A stretch of DNA of 64,000 bases. Origin: Macrostomum lignano (lineage: Eukaryota). Numbering within the stretch: the stretch's first letter is position 1; each line of letters begins with the position of its first letter. The stretch is taken from positions 205,279 through 269,278 of the forward strand of contig NIVC01001551.1 in NCBI GenBank assembly GCA_002269645.1, in the 5' to 3' direction. Positions 12,225 to 23,618 of this stretch are shown here, in pieces. The position numbers and the translations under genes were made by a program. The notes under the pieces were generated by a model that was not told where the DNA came from, searched no databases, and saw only the letters and a program-made list of their open reading frames with translations.

Positions 12225-13018
12225 AGAGGAGTGGAGAGGGTAGAGAGGAGGGGAGGGAGTAGAAAGGAGTGGAGAGGGTAGAGAGGAGTGGAGAGGGTAG
12301 AGAGGAGTGGAGAGGGTAGAGAGGAGTGGAGAGGGTAGAGAGGAGGGGAGAGGGTAGAGAGGAGTGGAGAGGGTAGAGAGGAGGGGAGAGGGTAGAGAGG
12401 AGGGGAGAGGGTAGAGAGGAGTGGAGAGGGTAGAGAGGAGGGGAGAGGGTAGAGAGGAGTGGAGAGGGTAGAGAGGAGGGGAGAGGGTAGAGAGGAGGGG
12501 AGAGGGTAGAGAGGAGTGGAGAGGGTAGAGAGGAGGGGAGAGGGTAGAGAGGAGTGGAGAGGGTAGAGAGGAGGGGAGAGGGTAGAGAGGAGGGGAGAGG
12601 GTAGAGAGGAGTGGAGAGGGTAGAGAGGAGTGGAGAGGGTAGAGAGGAGGGGAGAGGGTAGAGAGGAGGGGGGAGGGTAGAGAGGAGGGGAGAGGGTAGA
12701 GAGGAGGGGAGAGGGTAGAGAGGAGGGGAGAGGGTAGAGAGGAGTGGAGAGGGTAGAGAGGAGTGGAGAGGGTAGAGAGGAGGGGAGAGGGTAGAGAGGA
12801 GGGGAGAGGGTAGAGAGGAGTGGAGAGGGTAGAGAGGAGGGGAGAGGGTAGAGAGGAGTGGAGAGGGTAGAGAGGAGGGGGGAGGGTAGAGAGGAGTGGA
12901 GAGGGTAGAGAGGAGGGGGGAGGGTAGAGAGGAGTGGAGAGGGTAGAGAGGAGTGGAGAGGGTAGAGAGGAGTGGAGAGGGGAGAGAGGAGGGGAGAGGG
13001 TAGAGAGGAGGGGAGAGA
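12225..13018. repeat. Purine-rich 20-bp minisatellite (gagagggtagagaggagtgg / ...gggg)
   Basis: Tandem array. Confidence 0.95.
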
Positions 13019-13824
13019 GCAAAGTGCATGAAAATTCCAAAGTTAAAAAGTGAAAAGTGAACGAGATATAGATTTCATAAATGTTGTTGAGAGCTCTATA
13101 GTTGCAAGGTGTTGGGAGGGGTTAAAGAAAAATTCACTGGTCGGTGAGCTGGAGTCTCCCAGAGCCACAGCTCTTCTCACCACCCCACTAGAGACTCTCG
13201 TGCCTTCGCTTCGGTTCAATCAAGAATCTGTTGGATTCTTCGAAGCGAAAATGGAATTCGTCGAGTTTCTAAATTTAATGGCGCTAAACTGATCCTTGAG
13301 GCAGCTAAATGGGTAAGCCAGCGGGAGTCTGCATGGCCTTGAGTTCCTGACTGCGACCTCCAAGCCAGTCTGTATGCCTCGTGGCTTATTTTTGTTTGAA
13401 AAAAAATTCGGGGGGGGATGGTGAGGCAGTTAGTAGAAGAGCGAACGGCTCCCTGAAGCGGCGCATTGTTTCCGTCCTTCTGTTTAGGGTGCCCCCCGCA
13501 TTCTTAGAAATCGAGCCTCCAGCGCCTCAAGGCTGAAATGTGCAAATTGATGTTGATAATCAAACCGGAAGGTGGCTCTTTTCTTAACTGTTCTTTTTCG
13601 AGCGGAAAATCTCTTCTAGTGGACTTTTTGTGTTGCATTGTGCAGGCTTTTGTTTTCAGTAGGCCATGCAGGCCAATGCCCTCAAGCATGCCCTGATCGT
13701 GAGGCGCTTTCACATTACCGAAATTTCACTTTGCCAAGAAAATCAAATTAGCACGACCACTTTACAACACCGAAATTTTACAAGAGCTTCGCATCGCCTA
13801 AAAGATTTTAAACATTCACTTTCA

Positions 13825-14160
13825 TAAGACCTAAACTCTACAAGACCTAAACTTCTTTAGACATTCTCTTTTTAAGATCTTAAATTCACAAGACCTAAAC
13901 TTAATAGGACCTAAACTTCACGAGAAGACTTCATAAAACCTAAACTTCATACAACCTAAACTTCATGAAACCTAAACTCTACGAAGCCTAAACTTCATGA
14001 AACCTAAAATTTTTAAGACCTAACTCCATCAGACCTAAACTTCACGTGACCTAAACTTCGTAAAACCTAATCTCCAAAAGACCTAAACTTCACGAAATCT
14101 AAACTTCCTAAGACCTAAAAATAAGACCTAAACTTCGCAAGACCTAAACTTCCTTAGACT
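13825..14160. repeat. Degenerate ~20-bp repeat (agacctaaacttc core)
   Basis: Recurrent acctaaact motif at roughly regular spacing. Confidence 0.75.
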
Positions 14161-14819
14161 TGAACATCTCATATACTAGCTCGTAAAAAATGGTTTGTCG
14201 GTAGGTATCTATGTTTTATTGAATGTCACCTGAGTGTGCCTTATCTTTGGATACGCAGCCAAACCGGAATATTTTGTTTTAGAAACCCACAGTTTAAAAC
14301 TCCTTATGGAACAATAAAAATTAAACAGAAATAATCTAAATACCTTTGTAAAATTTGTTTACCGAAACTGGCTTATCGCACCGACACAGACTTGTTAAAT
14401 ATAAGCCGCTCCTTAGTCCCCTTATTGATTAATTAATATTCGCTAATGCTCCAAAGCTTTGGCGGCGGTAACACATTCTTAAGTAGCGGGGAGAATTTAT
14501 TGGAAATCTACGACTTTTGATTGACGTCATTCGCAACCTCAGCGCTGCGCTTTTCTAGACTGCTTCGTTGACTTCTGTTACCAGTTGCTAGCAAAGGATT
14601 ACTGCTTGTAGGGGTTTTAAAGTCGATAATGATTTATGCTTAGTGACTTCTGCACAGCCCTATGTTGTGCCGAGTTTTATAATTTAGATGTTTGTAATCC
14701 AATACTTGAAAGGCTGGCGGCGGGACTTATCGAGCGAAGGAGGGGAGAGGATAGAGCGAGGGATAAACAATGAGATGCGAAAGAGGAAATTGAAATGAAA
14801 AAATGGGAGGGGGAGAGAG

Positions 14820-15625
14820 AAAGGATGAGATAAGGAATGAGAGCGGGAGAGAGAGGGTGGGATAAAGAATGAGAGCGGGAGAGAGAGGGTGGGATAAAGA
14901 ATGAGAGCGGGAGAGAGAGGGTTGGGATAAAGAATGAGAGGAGAAGAAGAGGGAGAGATAAGGAATGAGAGCGGGAGAGAGAGGGTGGGATAAAGAATGA
15001 GAGGGGAGAGAGAGGGTGGGATAAAGAATGAGAGGGGAGAGAGAGGGTGGGATAAACAATGAGAGCGGGAGAGAGGGTGGGATAAAGAATGAGAGGGGAG
15101 AGAGAGGGTGGGATAAGGAATGAGAGCGGGAGAGAGGGTGGGATAAACAATGAGAGCGGGAGAGAGAGGGTGGGATAAACAATGAGAGCGGGAGAGAGAG
15201 GGTGGGATAAAGAATGAGAGGGGGAGAGAGGGTTGGGATAAAAAGTGAGAGGGGAGAGAGAGGGTTGGGATAAAGAATGAGAGCGGGAGAGAGGGTGGGA
15301 TAAACAATGAGAGCGGGAGAGAGAGGGTGGGATAAACAATGAGAGCGGGAGAGAGAGGGTGGGATAAACAATGAGAGCGGGAGAGAGAGGGTGGGATAAA
15401 AAGTGAGAGGGGAGAGAGAGGGTTGGGATAAAAAGTGAGAGGGGAGAGAGAGGGTTGGGATAAAAAGTGAGAGGGGAGAGAGAGGGTTGGGATAAAAAGT
15501 GAGAGGGGAGAGAGAGGGTTGGGATAAAAAGTGAGAGGGGAGAGAGAGGGTTGGGATAAAAAGTGAGAGGGGAGAGAGAGGGTTGGGATAAAAAGTAAGA
15601 GGGGAGAGAGAGGGTTGGGATAAAG
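14820..15625. repeat. Purine-rich ~29-32-bp minisatellite (gagagagggtgggataaagaatgagagcgg)
   Basis: Tandem array. Confidence 0.93.
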
Positions 15626-16107
15626 AATGAAAGGGCAAAATTGCGAGTTGCCATTGATTCCCCCAAACAGAAGCAAAATTCAAACTGAGGCTGCTTGACA
15701 ACTGATCTGAGAAATGCTTTTAGCTCCTATGGCAGAAGTGGCAGCAAACATTTGAGGTCAGGCCGCCTGTTGAAGTCAAATATTCGAGCCGCATGCATTA
15801 GCCAGGCTGTGGCCGAGCGCGATAAAAGCCTCTTCTCTCTGACTTGTCCCCATCAAGGCGTCAAGTGGCCTTAATTGACACCCCGCTGCGGGCCGGGACT
15901 GGCATTTGCATTTTGCACATTCGCCACTTTTTCTTTGTCTGATTCTAAGTGGCTGAAATGGAGAAAAAAGTGAAATAGAAGGCGGGAGGCGGTTTTCCCA
16001 GGCTGAGGTGCAACTTGACAGCTTGACTGACATTTGAAGCCTTCTTTGTTGCTAAGGCTGTTTCTGGGATTGTGAATGCGCAAAACTGGCTACTACTTAG
16101 ATAGATT

Positions 16108-16990
<883 letters not shown>

Positions 16991-17569
16991 AGGCACAGAC
17001 AACTGACTCTTGATCGATCACGTGCTCATTGTAATAAAGAGTCCCCCAGCCTGAACGGGCAAGCAGTTTTTGCGCAGGAGAAACACCAGCATGCCCAAGT
17101 ATCACTCAGCCCAATTCGAAATTGGCCACGACCTGTGTGTACAAAATTGAGGTCGGCCACCGATGCAAGCTGGAGAGCCGGAGCCTCATCAAGTGGCCCG
17201 GTATGGCTAATCATATTATTAGCTGTATACTAAAAACATTGTTGACTGACGGGCGGCGAAATGACGGATCTGTTTGCTCAGGCCGAGCCTTTAACTCGAT
17301 ATTTTTTTAACTGAAATGTTGTGGTCTCTGATTAGCGATTAGCATAAGCACACGCTGGTTCATTGAGAACAATTGATTAGCACAATAGAGTGAAACGACT
17401 GCTCGATTGAAGCTTTTTATTTTTTGCGCTTTGTTCTGATGCAACTGCTTTTAGAAATGCTTTTTTAAGAGGGACTTCAAGTTGCTTCACTTTGGAATTG
17501 TTCGACCTTGTTCGAATTGTTCGATCATAAAAATCTTCTATACACTAAAAATCGATTGCTTCTTGGTTT

Positions 17570-18460
17570 CAAATGGCAGTGTGTGGGTTTCTAATGGCGG
17601 TGTGTGGGTTTCTAATGGCGGTGTGTGGGTTTCTAGTGGCGGTGTGTGGGTTTCTAGTGGCGGTGTGTGGGTTTCTAGTGGCGGTGTGTGGGTTTCTTGT
17701 GGCAGTGTGTGGGTTTCTAATGGCAGTGTGTGGGTTTCTAGTGGCGGTGTGTGGGTTTCTTGTGGCAGTGTGTGGGTTTCTAATGGCAGTGTGTGGGTTT
17801 CTTGTGGCAGTGTGTGGGTTTCTAATGGCAGTGTGTGGGTTTCAAATGGCAGTGTGTGGGTTTCAAATGGCGGTGTGTGGGTTTCTAATGGCGGTGTGTG
17901 GGTTTCTAATGGCAGTGTGTGGGTTTCAAATGGCGGTGTGTGGGTTTCTAATGGCGGTGTGTGGGTTTCTAATGGCGGTGTGTGGGTTTCTAATGGCAGT
18001 GTGTGGGTTTCTAATGGCAGTGTGTGGGTTTCTAATGGCGGTGTGTGGGTTTCTAATGGCGGTGTGTGGGTTTCTAATGGCAGTGTGTGGGTTTCTAATG
18101 GCGGTGTGTGGGTTTATTGTGGCAGTGTGTGGATTTCTAATGGCAGTGTGTGGGTTACTAATGGCAGTGTGTGGGTTTCTTGTGGCGGTGTGTGGGTTTC
18201 AAATGGCAGTGTGTGGGTTTCAAATGGCGGTGTGTGGGTTTCTAATGGCAGTGTGTGGGTTTCTAATGGCAGTGTGTGGGTTTCTAATGGCAGTGTGTGG
18301 GTTTCTAATGGCAGTGTGTGGGTTTCTAATGGCACTGTGTGTGGGTTTCTAATGGCATAGTTAGGGTTTATAATGGTTTTGTTTGGGTTTCTATTGGCAT
18401 TGTGTGGGTTTCTAATGGTGGTTTGTATGTTTCTAATGGTTTGTGGGTTTCTAATTGCAG
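17570..18460. repeat. 21-bp minisatellite (gtgtgtgggtttctaatggca)
   Basis: Tandem array that decays towards the 3' end. Confidence 0.95.
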
Positions 18461-18885
18461 TGTGTGTGGGTTCTATTATACAATGTGTTGGTTATATATT
18501 ACAGTGTGTGGGTTCTATATTACAGTGTACTTAGGCTTTCAAGATTTAAACAACCTTTTGCCGAATTAAATCTTACTTTGTTACTAGCAGTAGTGCTTAA
18601 AAAGTATCTTTGGTATCATAAAAAACATGATTTAAAATGCCAAAATAAAAAAATTAATTCCATATGGAATTCGACAAAAATCCAGTTCAAATTTTTAGTG
18701 TCAGGTGGTTAATGATCTCTTTAACTTTTTTTTCACACAGGGACACAAATTTTTGTTATACTTGCAAGTCGATTATAAAAAAATTTATTTGAAAAAATCG
18801 TGACGAATTCGGTAACAGACGTAGCGGAGGAACTTTGTTTTACTTAGGTGGAGACGAGTTTTTTCCGGTGTTTTCAAATCGCATC

Positions 18886-18922
18886 TATATAAGTCTGACT
18901 GGAAAGTCTCTCAGACTTAGTT
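18886..18922 (+). promoter_or_regulatory. Putative core promoter of secreted gene A: TATA box plus initiator-like element
   Basis: TATATAAG at 18886-18893 and TTAGTT about 30 nt downstream at 18917-18922, about 50 nt before the ATG at 18974. Confidence 0.55.
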
Positions 18923-18973
18923 GACACTGTTTGACTTTCTGCCAAATTTTAAGCCTTTGTTTTTTATCTGAAT

Positions 18974-19657
18974 ATGGCTTCTCCAACCCGATCTCTTCTA
19001 CTGCAGTGTCTGCTGCTTGTCTGTCTGCTCAGCTTTGCCACCTCAGCTGCTTTGGACGCTTTGCCTGCTCAAAACGGGGCGCCGAAAGCGACTGAGGAAA
19101 CTACCGCTTTGCCGGAGGAAACTACCGCTTTGCCGGAGGAAACTACCGCTTCGCCGGAGGAAACTACCGCTTCGCCGGAGGAAACTACCGCTTCGCCGGA
19201 GGAAACTACCGCTTCGACAGAGGAAACTACCGCTTCGCCGGAGGAAACTACCGCTTCGACAGAGGAAACTACCGCTTCGCCGGAGGAAACTACCGCTTCG
19301 CCGGAGGAAACTACCGCTTCGCCGGAGGAAACTACCGCTTCACCAGAGGAAACTACCGCTTTGCCGGAGGAAACTACCGCTTCACCGGAGGAAACTACCG
19401 CTTCGCCGGAGGAAACTACCGCTTCGCCAGAGGAAACTACCACTCCGCCACCGGAAACTACCACCGAGCAAAACAAACCGAACCGACATAAATGGCATGG
19501 AAAAGAGCCCAGGCGCGTCGGCTGGCGCCATCATCATGGCCCGCCGCCTGCCAAGGGAAGGAAGGAGCCTCCGCACCATTCGCGAGAGGAGCGTTATGAC
19601 CGCAGTGACCGCTTTGACCGCTTTCATCGCAATGAGCTTTTCTCATTCGAAACATAA
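18974..19657 (+). CDS. Secreted protein A: signal peptide, about 17 acidic EETTASP heptads, His/Arg-rich C-terminus; 227 aa, unknown family
   Basis: ATG start; Leu-rich signal peptide (MASPTRSLLLQCLLLVCLLSFATSA); unique sequence on both sides of the repeat in the same frame; upstream TATA; AATAAA at 19789-19794. Confidence 0.8.
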   Translation: MASPTRSLLLQCLLLVCLLSFATSAALDALPAQNGAPKATEETTALPEETTALPEETTASPEETTASPEETTASPEETTASTEETTASPEETTASTEETTASPEETTASPEETTASPEETTASPEETTALPEETTASPEETTASPEETTASPEETTTPPPETTTEQNKPNRHKWHGKEPRRVGWRHHHGPPPAKGRKEPPHHSREERYDRSDRFDRFHRNELFSFET

Positions 19658-19998
19658 GAAGCAGCAATTCTTCCAAGGAGGTCCATCCGAGAGACAAAAT
19701 GCAGAGATGCAGTTCAAAGGTGTTCACTGCTCAGTGACTATATAGATATCGATCAGCTATTATTTTGGTGTTGGGATCATTATTGCTAAATAAAATTTGC
19801 CTACGTGTGTCCAGTCTGAGGCTTGGGAGTTTGAGAGATATTGAGTTAAATGTAGATTCATTTATTCCTATAGAATTTCTTTCTTTCGTCTTTTCTTCGT
19901 TAATAAAGGAAACGACAGAAGTAGATATCTCAGGTGTAGAGTAGATAGCTCAGGTGTAAAGTAAATAGCTCAGGTGTGTGTAGAGTAGATTATAGTAG

Positions 19999-21063
19999 AT
20001 TACACCACAGAGAACTACACCACAGAGGACTACACCACAGAGGACTACACCACATGAAACTACACCACATGAAACTACACCACATGAAACTACACCACAT
20101 GATACTACACCACATGATACTACACCACATGAAACTACACCACATGAAACTACACCACATGAAACTACACCACATGAAACTACACCACATGAAACTACAC
20201 CACATGAAACTACACCACATGAAACTACACCACATGAAACTACACCACATGAAACTACACCACATGAAACTACACCACATGAAACTACACCACATGAAAC
20301 TACACCACATGAAACTACACCACATGAAACTACACCACATGAAACTACACCACATGAAACTACACCACAGAGGACTAAACCACATGAAACTACACCACAT
20401 GAAACTACACCACATGAAACTACACCACATGATACTACACCACATGAAACTACACCACATGAAACTACACCACATGATACTACACCACATGAAACTACAC
20501 CACATGATACTAGACCACATGAAACTACACCACATGAAACTACACCACATGAAACTACACCACATGAAACTACACCACAGAGGACTAAACCACATGAAAC
20601 TACACCACATGAAACTACACCACATGAAACTACACCACATGAAACTACACCACATGAAACTACACCACATGAAACTACACCACAGAGGACTAAACCACAT
20701 GAAACTACACCACAGAGGACTAAACCACATGAAACTACACCACATGAAACTACACCACATGAAACTACACCACATGAAACTACACCACATGAAACTACAC
20801 CACATGAAACTACACCACATGAAACTACACCACATGAAACTACACCACAGAGGACTACACCACAGAGGACTACGCCTTCAGTTCGTCATTTCGTCGATCG
20901 GCATCGCCACCGACGCTGTCGCCGTCGCCGTGGCAAGCAATGTCGCAAGCATCTGTTTCATGAACTCAGCCTCGGCAAAGGCCGCTATGGTTACGGAGGC
21001 GGCCGCAAGCGGTTTGAGAAATCGGACGAAACTATCGAACACGATTGGGATGAAGGAGTTTAA
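19999..21063 (+). CDS. Putative 5'-partial protein B (not in ORF track): about 58 ETTPH pentapeptides, then a His/Arg/Cys-containing basic segment and an acidic tail
   Basis: The frame is stop-free from 19999 to TAA at 21061-21063. Manual translation ends ...[64 protein letters not shown]. No in-frame ATG or signal peptide found. Confidence 0.55.
   Translation: MTPQRTTPQRTTPQRTTPHETTPHETTPHETTPHDTTPHDTTPHETTPHETTPHETTPHETTPHETTPHETTPHETTPHETTPHETTPHETTPHETTPHETTPHETTPHETTPHETTPHETTPQRTKPHETTPHETTPHETTPHDTTPHETTPHETTPHDTTPHETTPHDTRPHETTPHETTPHETTPHETTPQRTKPHETTPHETTPHETTPHETTPHETTPHETTPQRTKPHETTPQRTKPHETTPHETTPHETTPHETTPHETTPHETTPHETTPHETTPQRTTPQRTTPSVRHFVDRHRHRRCRRRRGKQCRKHLFHELSLGKGRYGYGGGRKRFEKSDETIEHDWDEGV
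20000..20875. repeat. 15-bp tandem repeat (catgaaactacacca), probably coding (ETTPH)
   Basis: About 58 units; variants read [15 protein letters not shown] in the +1 frame. Confidence 0.95.
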
Positions 21064-22058
21064 ATGCTAACTCGATTTGACAGATTGAGGATGGTTTTGC
21101 TTCGCTCGAATCGCTTCGCTTCGCTGCACCAGCTTAGTGACAAAGTGACCAGACATGAACGCGACCCCGTGTTACATTGTTAGTGGACGTTGTTTCATTT
21201 TTAAGGCTGCAAGAGACCGGAAGTCTGGTGCACAGATACTAGAATAACTATAGATGGGGCCACTCAACACATTTGCGCCCAACCTACTTTTAGTTCAGTA
21301 TTCTCGTAGTACGAGCTAAGTTAAACTGAAGTATTTAATGTACTTTTAAAGACAAGGCTCATTTATTGGCTTTTAACCCCCCCCCCCGCCCCAGCTTAAA
21401 CCCTCAAACAGAACCTCTACCCCTGCCCCGCCACCCAATTTTTATTGCCTTCCCTGATTGTTCCAGCCTAAAGCTGCCATGTACATTTCAGTGGACTGGC
21501 TAATGTACATTATTGCTGAACCAATTAGCAAGCTGTTTACGCCTGCAAGCTTGGGCTTCTAAACTTATCAAAGTCATTTCAGCCGCTTTTATTTTTCAAA
21601 ATGCCATCTGTATTCTTCATTGCTACTGTACTGAAAGTAGAAAGCCGTTTTGCTAAGTATACATGCCTGAGTGGCCTACCCCCTTATCAAATCCGAGGCG
21701 AAAAAATCGATTAGCATTTTAATTTCGGTAAATGTGCATTCAATTCAAACAAAACTTTTCGTAAACTGAATTATGGAGCCAGATGCAGGGAGACATTACA
21801 GAGAAATCAAAGGTATCCAGTGTGCCAATGAAGAAATGAAATGTTTTTGCAGGCTTAATTTAATTCATAGTTTTTGAAGCAACGAACCAAAAAATCAATA
21901 AAACTTCGAAACCTTCTTACTAGCAAAATCTAATATATTAGACACAGTAGAACTCATAACTGATTTTGCATAGAAAAATAAAGGGTTCAACGCAAAGTTA
22001 CACCAAGATCGATTATGTCAATGTAAAAGGCATTGATGCATTCTAAAGACACCAAGTG

Positions 22059-23150
22059 TTAGTCATGTCGGTGACGAGGGCTGTAATCAGGACGCCGGTA
22101 ATGTTGACGGCGTGATCTGTAATCAGGGCTTCGTTCGTGATGTCGGTGACGAGATCTGTAATCAGGGCTTCGTTCGTGATGTCGGTGCCGATATCTGTAA
22201 TCAGGGCTTCGTTCGTGATGTCGGTGACCAGATCTGTAATCAGGGCTTCGTTCGTGATGTCGGTGACCAGATCTGTACTCAGGGCTTCGTTCGTGATGTC
22301 GGTGACCAGATCTGTACTCAGGGCGTTGGTAATGTCGTCGACGTGATCTGTACTCAGGGCGTTGGTAATGTCGTCGACGTGATCTGTACTCAGGGCGTTG
22401 GTAATGTCGGCGACGAGATCTGTACTCAGGGCGTTGGTAATGTCGGCGACGAGATCTGTGGTCAGTATGACGGAATTCGACCTGAGGTATTTTATCACTT
22501 TTATTGTTTTTATTCGTATGATCCATGTCGTATGTCTTTGTTTGAGCTAATTGCTTAGCTATGACTTCAGAAGGTCGAATAATGGTCTTTTCTGGTGGCC
22601 GTGCAGCAGCAGCTGGTGGAGCAGTGGCTTCGGCTGGTAGAGCAGGGGCTTTAGCTGGCAGAGCAGGGGCTTTAGCTGGCAGAGCAGGGGCTTTAGCTGG
22701 CAGAGCAGGGGCTTTAGCTGGCAGAGCAGGGGCTTTAGCTGGCAGAGCAGGGGCTTTAGCTGGCAGAGCAGGGGCCTTAGCTGGCAGAGCAGGGGCTTTA
22801 GCTGGCAGAGCAGGGGCCTCAGCTGGCAGAGCAGGGGCCTTAGCTGGCAGAGCAGGGGCTTTAGCTGGCAGAGCAGGGGCTTTAGCTGGCAGAGCAGGGG
22901 CCTCAGCTGGGCGATGCACATTCTTGTTGGCTGAAGCTGCTGAAATCACAGTGCGATTATTTACAAGCACGTGGAGCTGTTTAGCTGGTTTAACATGTTG
23001 TTGTAAACCATTTGCTGCGTTGCGGATGTCAGAACCATCACCAGCTAAGCCGGAGATCCTACTTAACGGAGCCGAGTTGACACAGCTGGCAATGCACAGG
23101 ATGATAAGAAAAACACACAGGTGAGGTCTCTGCAGGACAGTCTGCGCCAT
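22059..23150 (-). CDS. Secreted protein C: signal peptide, about 13 APALPAK heptads, Arg/His/Tyr-rich 12-13-aa repeats; 363 aa, unknown family
   Basis: ATG start; signal peptide (MAQTVLQRPHLCVFLIILCIASCVNS); two distinct repeat blocks joined in frame by unique sequence; TAA at 22059-22061. Confidence 0.8.
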   Translation of the reverse strand: MAQTVLQRPHLCVFLIILCIASCVNSAPLSRISGLAGDGSDIRNAANGLQQHVKPAKQLHVLVNNRTVISAASANKNVHRPAEAPALPAKAPALPAKAPALPAKAPALPAEAPALPAKAPALPAKAPALPAKAPALPAKAPALPAKAPALPAKAPALPAKAPALPAKAPALPAEATAPPAAAARPPEKTIIRPSEVIAKQLAQTKTYDMDHTNKNNKSDKIPQVEFRHTDHRSRRRHYQRPEYRSRRRHYQRPEYRSRRRHYQRPEYRSRRRHYQRPEYRSGHRHHERSPEYRSGHRHHERSPDYRSGHRHHERSPDYRYRHRHHERSPDYRSRHRHHERSPDYRSRRQHYRRPDYSPRHRHD

Positions 23151-23618
23151 GCTGTTTTGGTTTCAACTTTTTTGTGTCGGAAAGAAGTTGTTTTTAGCGC
23201 ACTTGTGAGCTGTGTTTTAAAACCTGTTTTTGTCTTGCCAAAATGGTTCAACGAAAGCTTTTAATTCGTGTCCCGATGGCACACAATGTCACGCAAACTA
23301 GCCATAAAATTTATTGTAGCTTGAGTCTGAAATTCGCATAACCAGCTGTGAATTCATTTCTCATTGCTTTCCCTTTCAACAAAGTTTTTTGAAACTTTTC
23401 TCTGTTTGTTTCACCTCTGCAAAGCTATGATTACTGCACTTGCGTCACGTTCAGATTCCGGAGGTCGTTGCAAAAATCACCTGTTCGGCAATGAAAAATC
23501 CAAAGCAAAATCTTAACCTAAAAATAAAAACCTGACGAATTCCAGCCGGCTCAGCATTGTCAAAGTTTTAATTGCAAGAGAGCTTTGTCAGCATTTGAAA
23601 CTGTTTAACATCGAAAAG

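Noticed and set aside
19976-21070. Track ORF (HHMKL)n as a His-rich protein
   Set aside because: GTG start inside a degenerate repeat and an unremarkable tail. The alternative ETTPH frame fits the neighbouring genes and shows synonymous decay.
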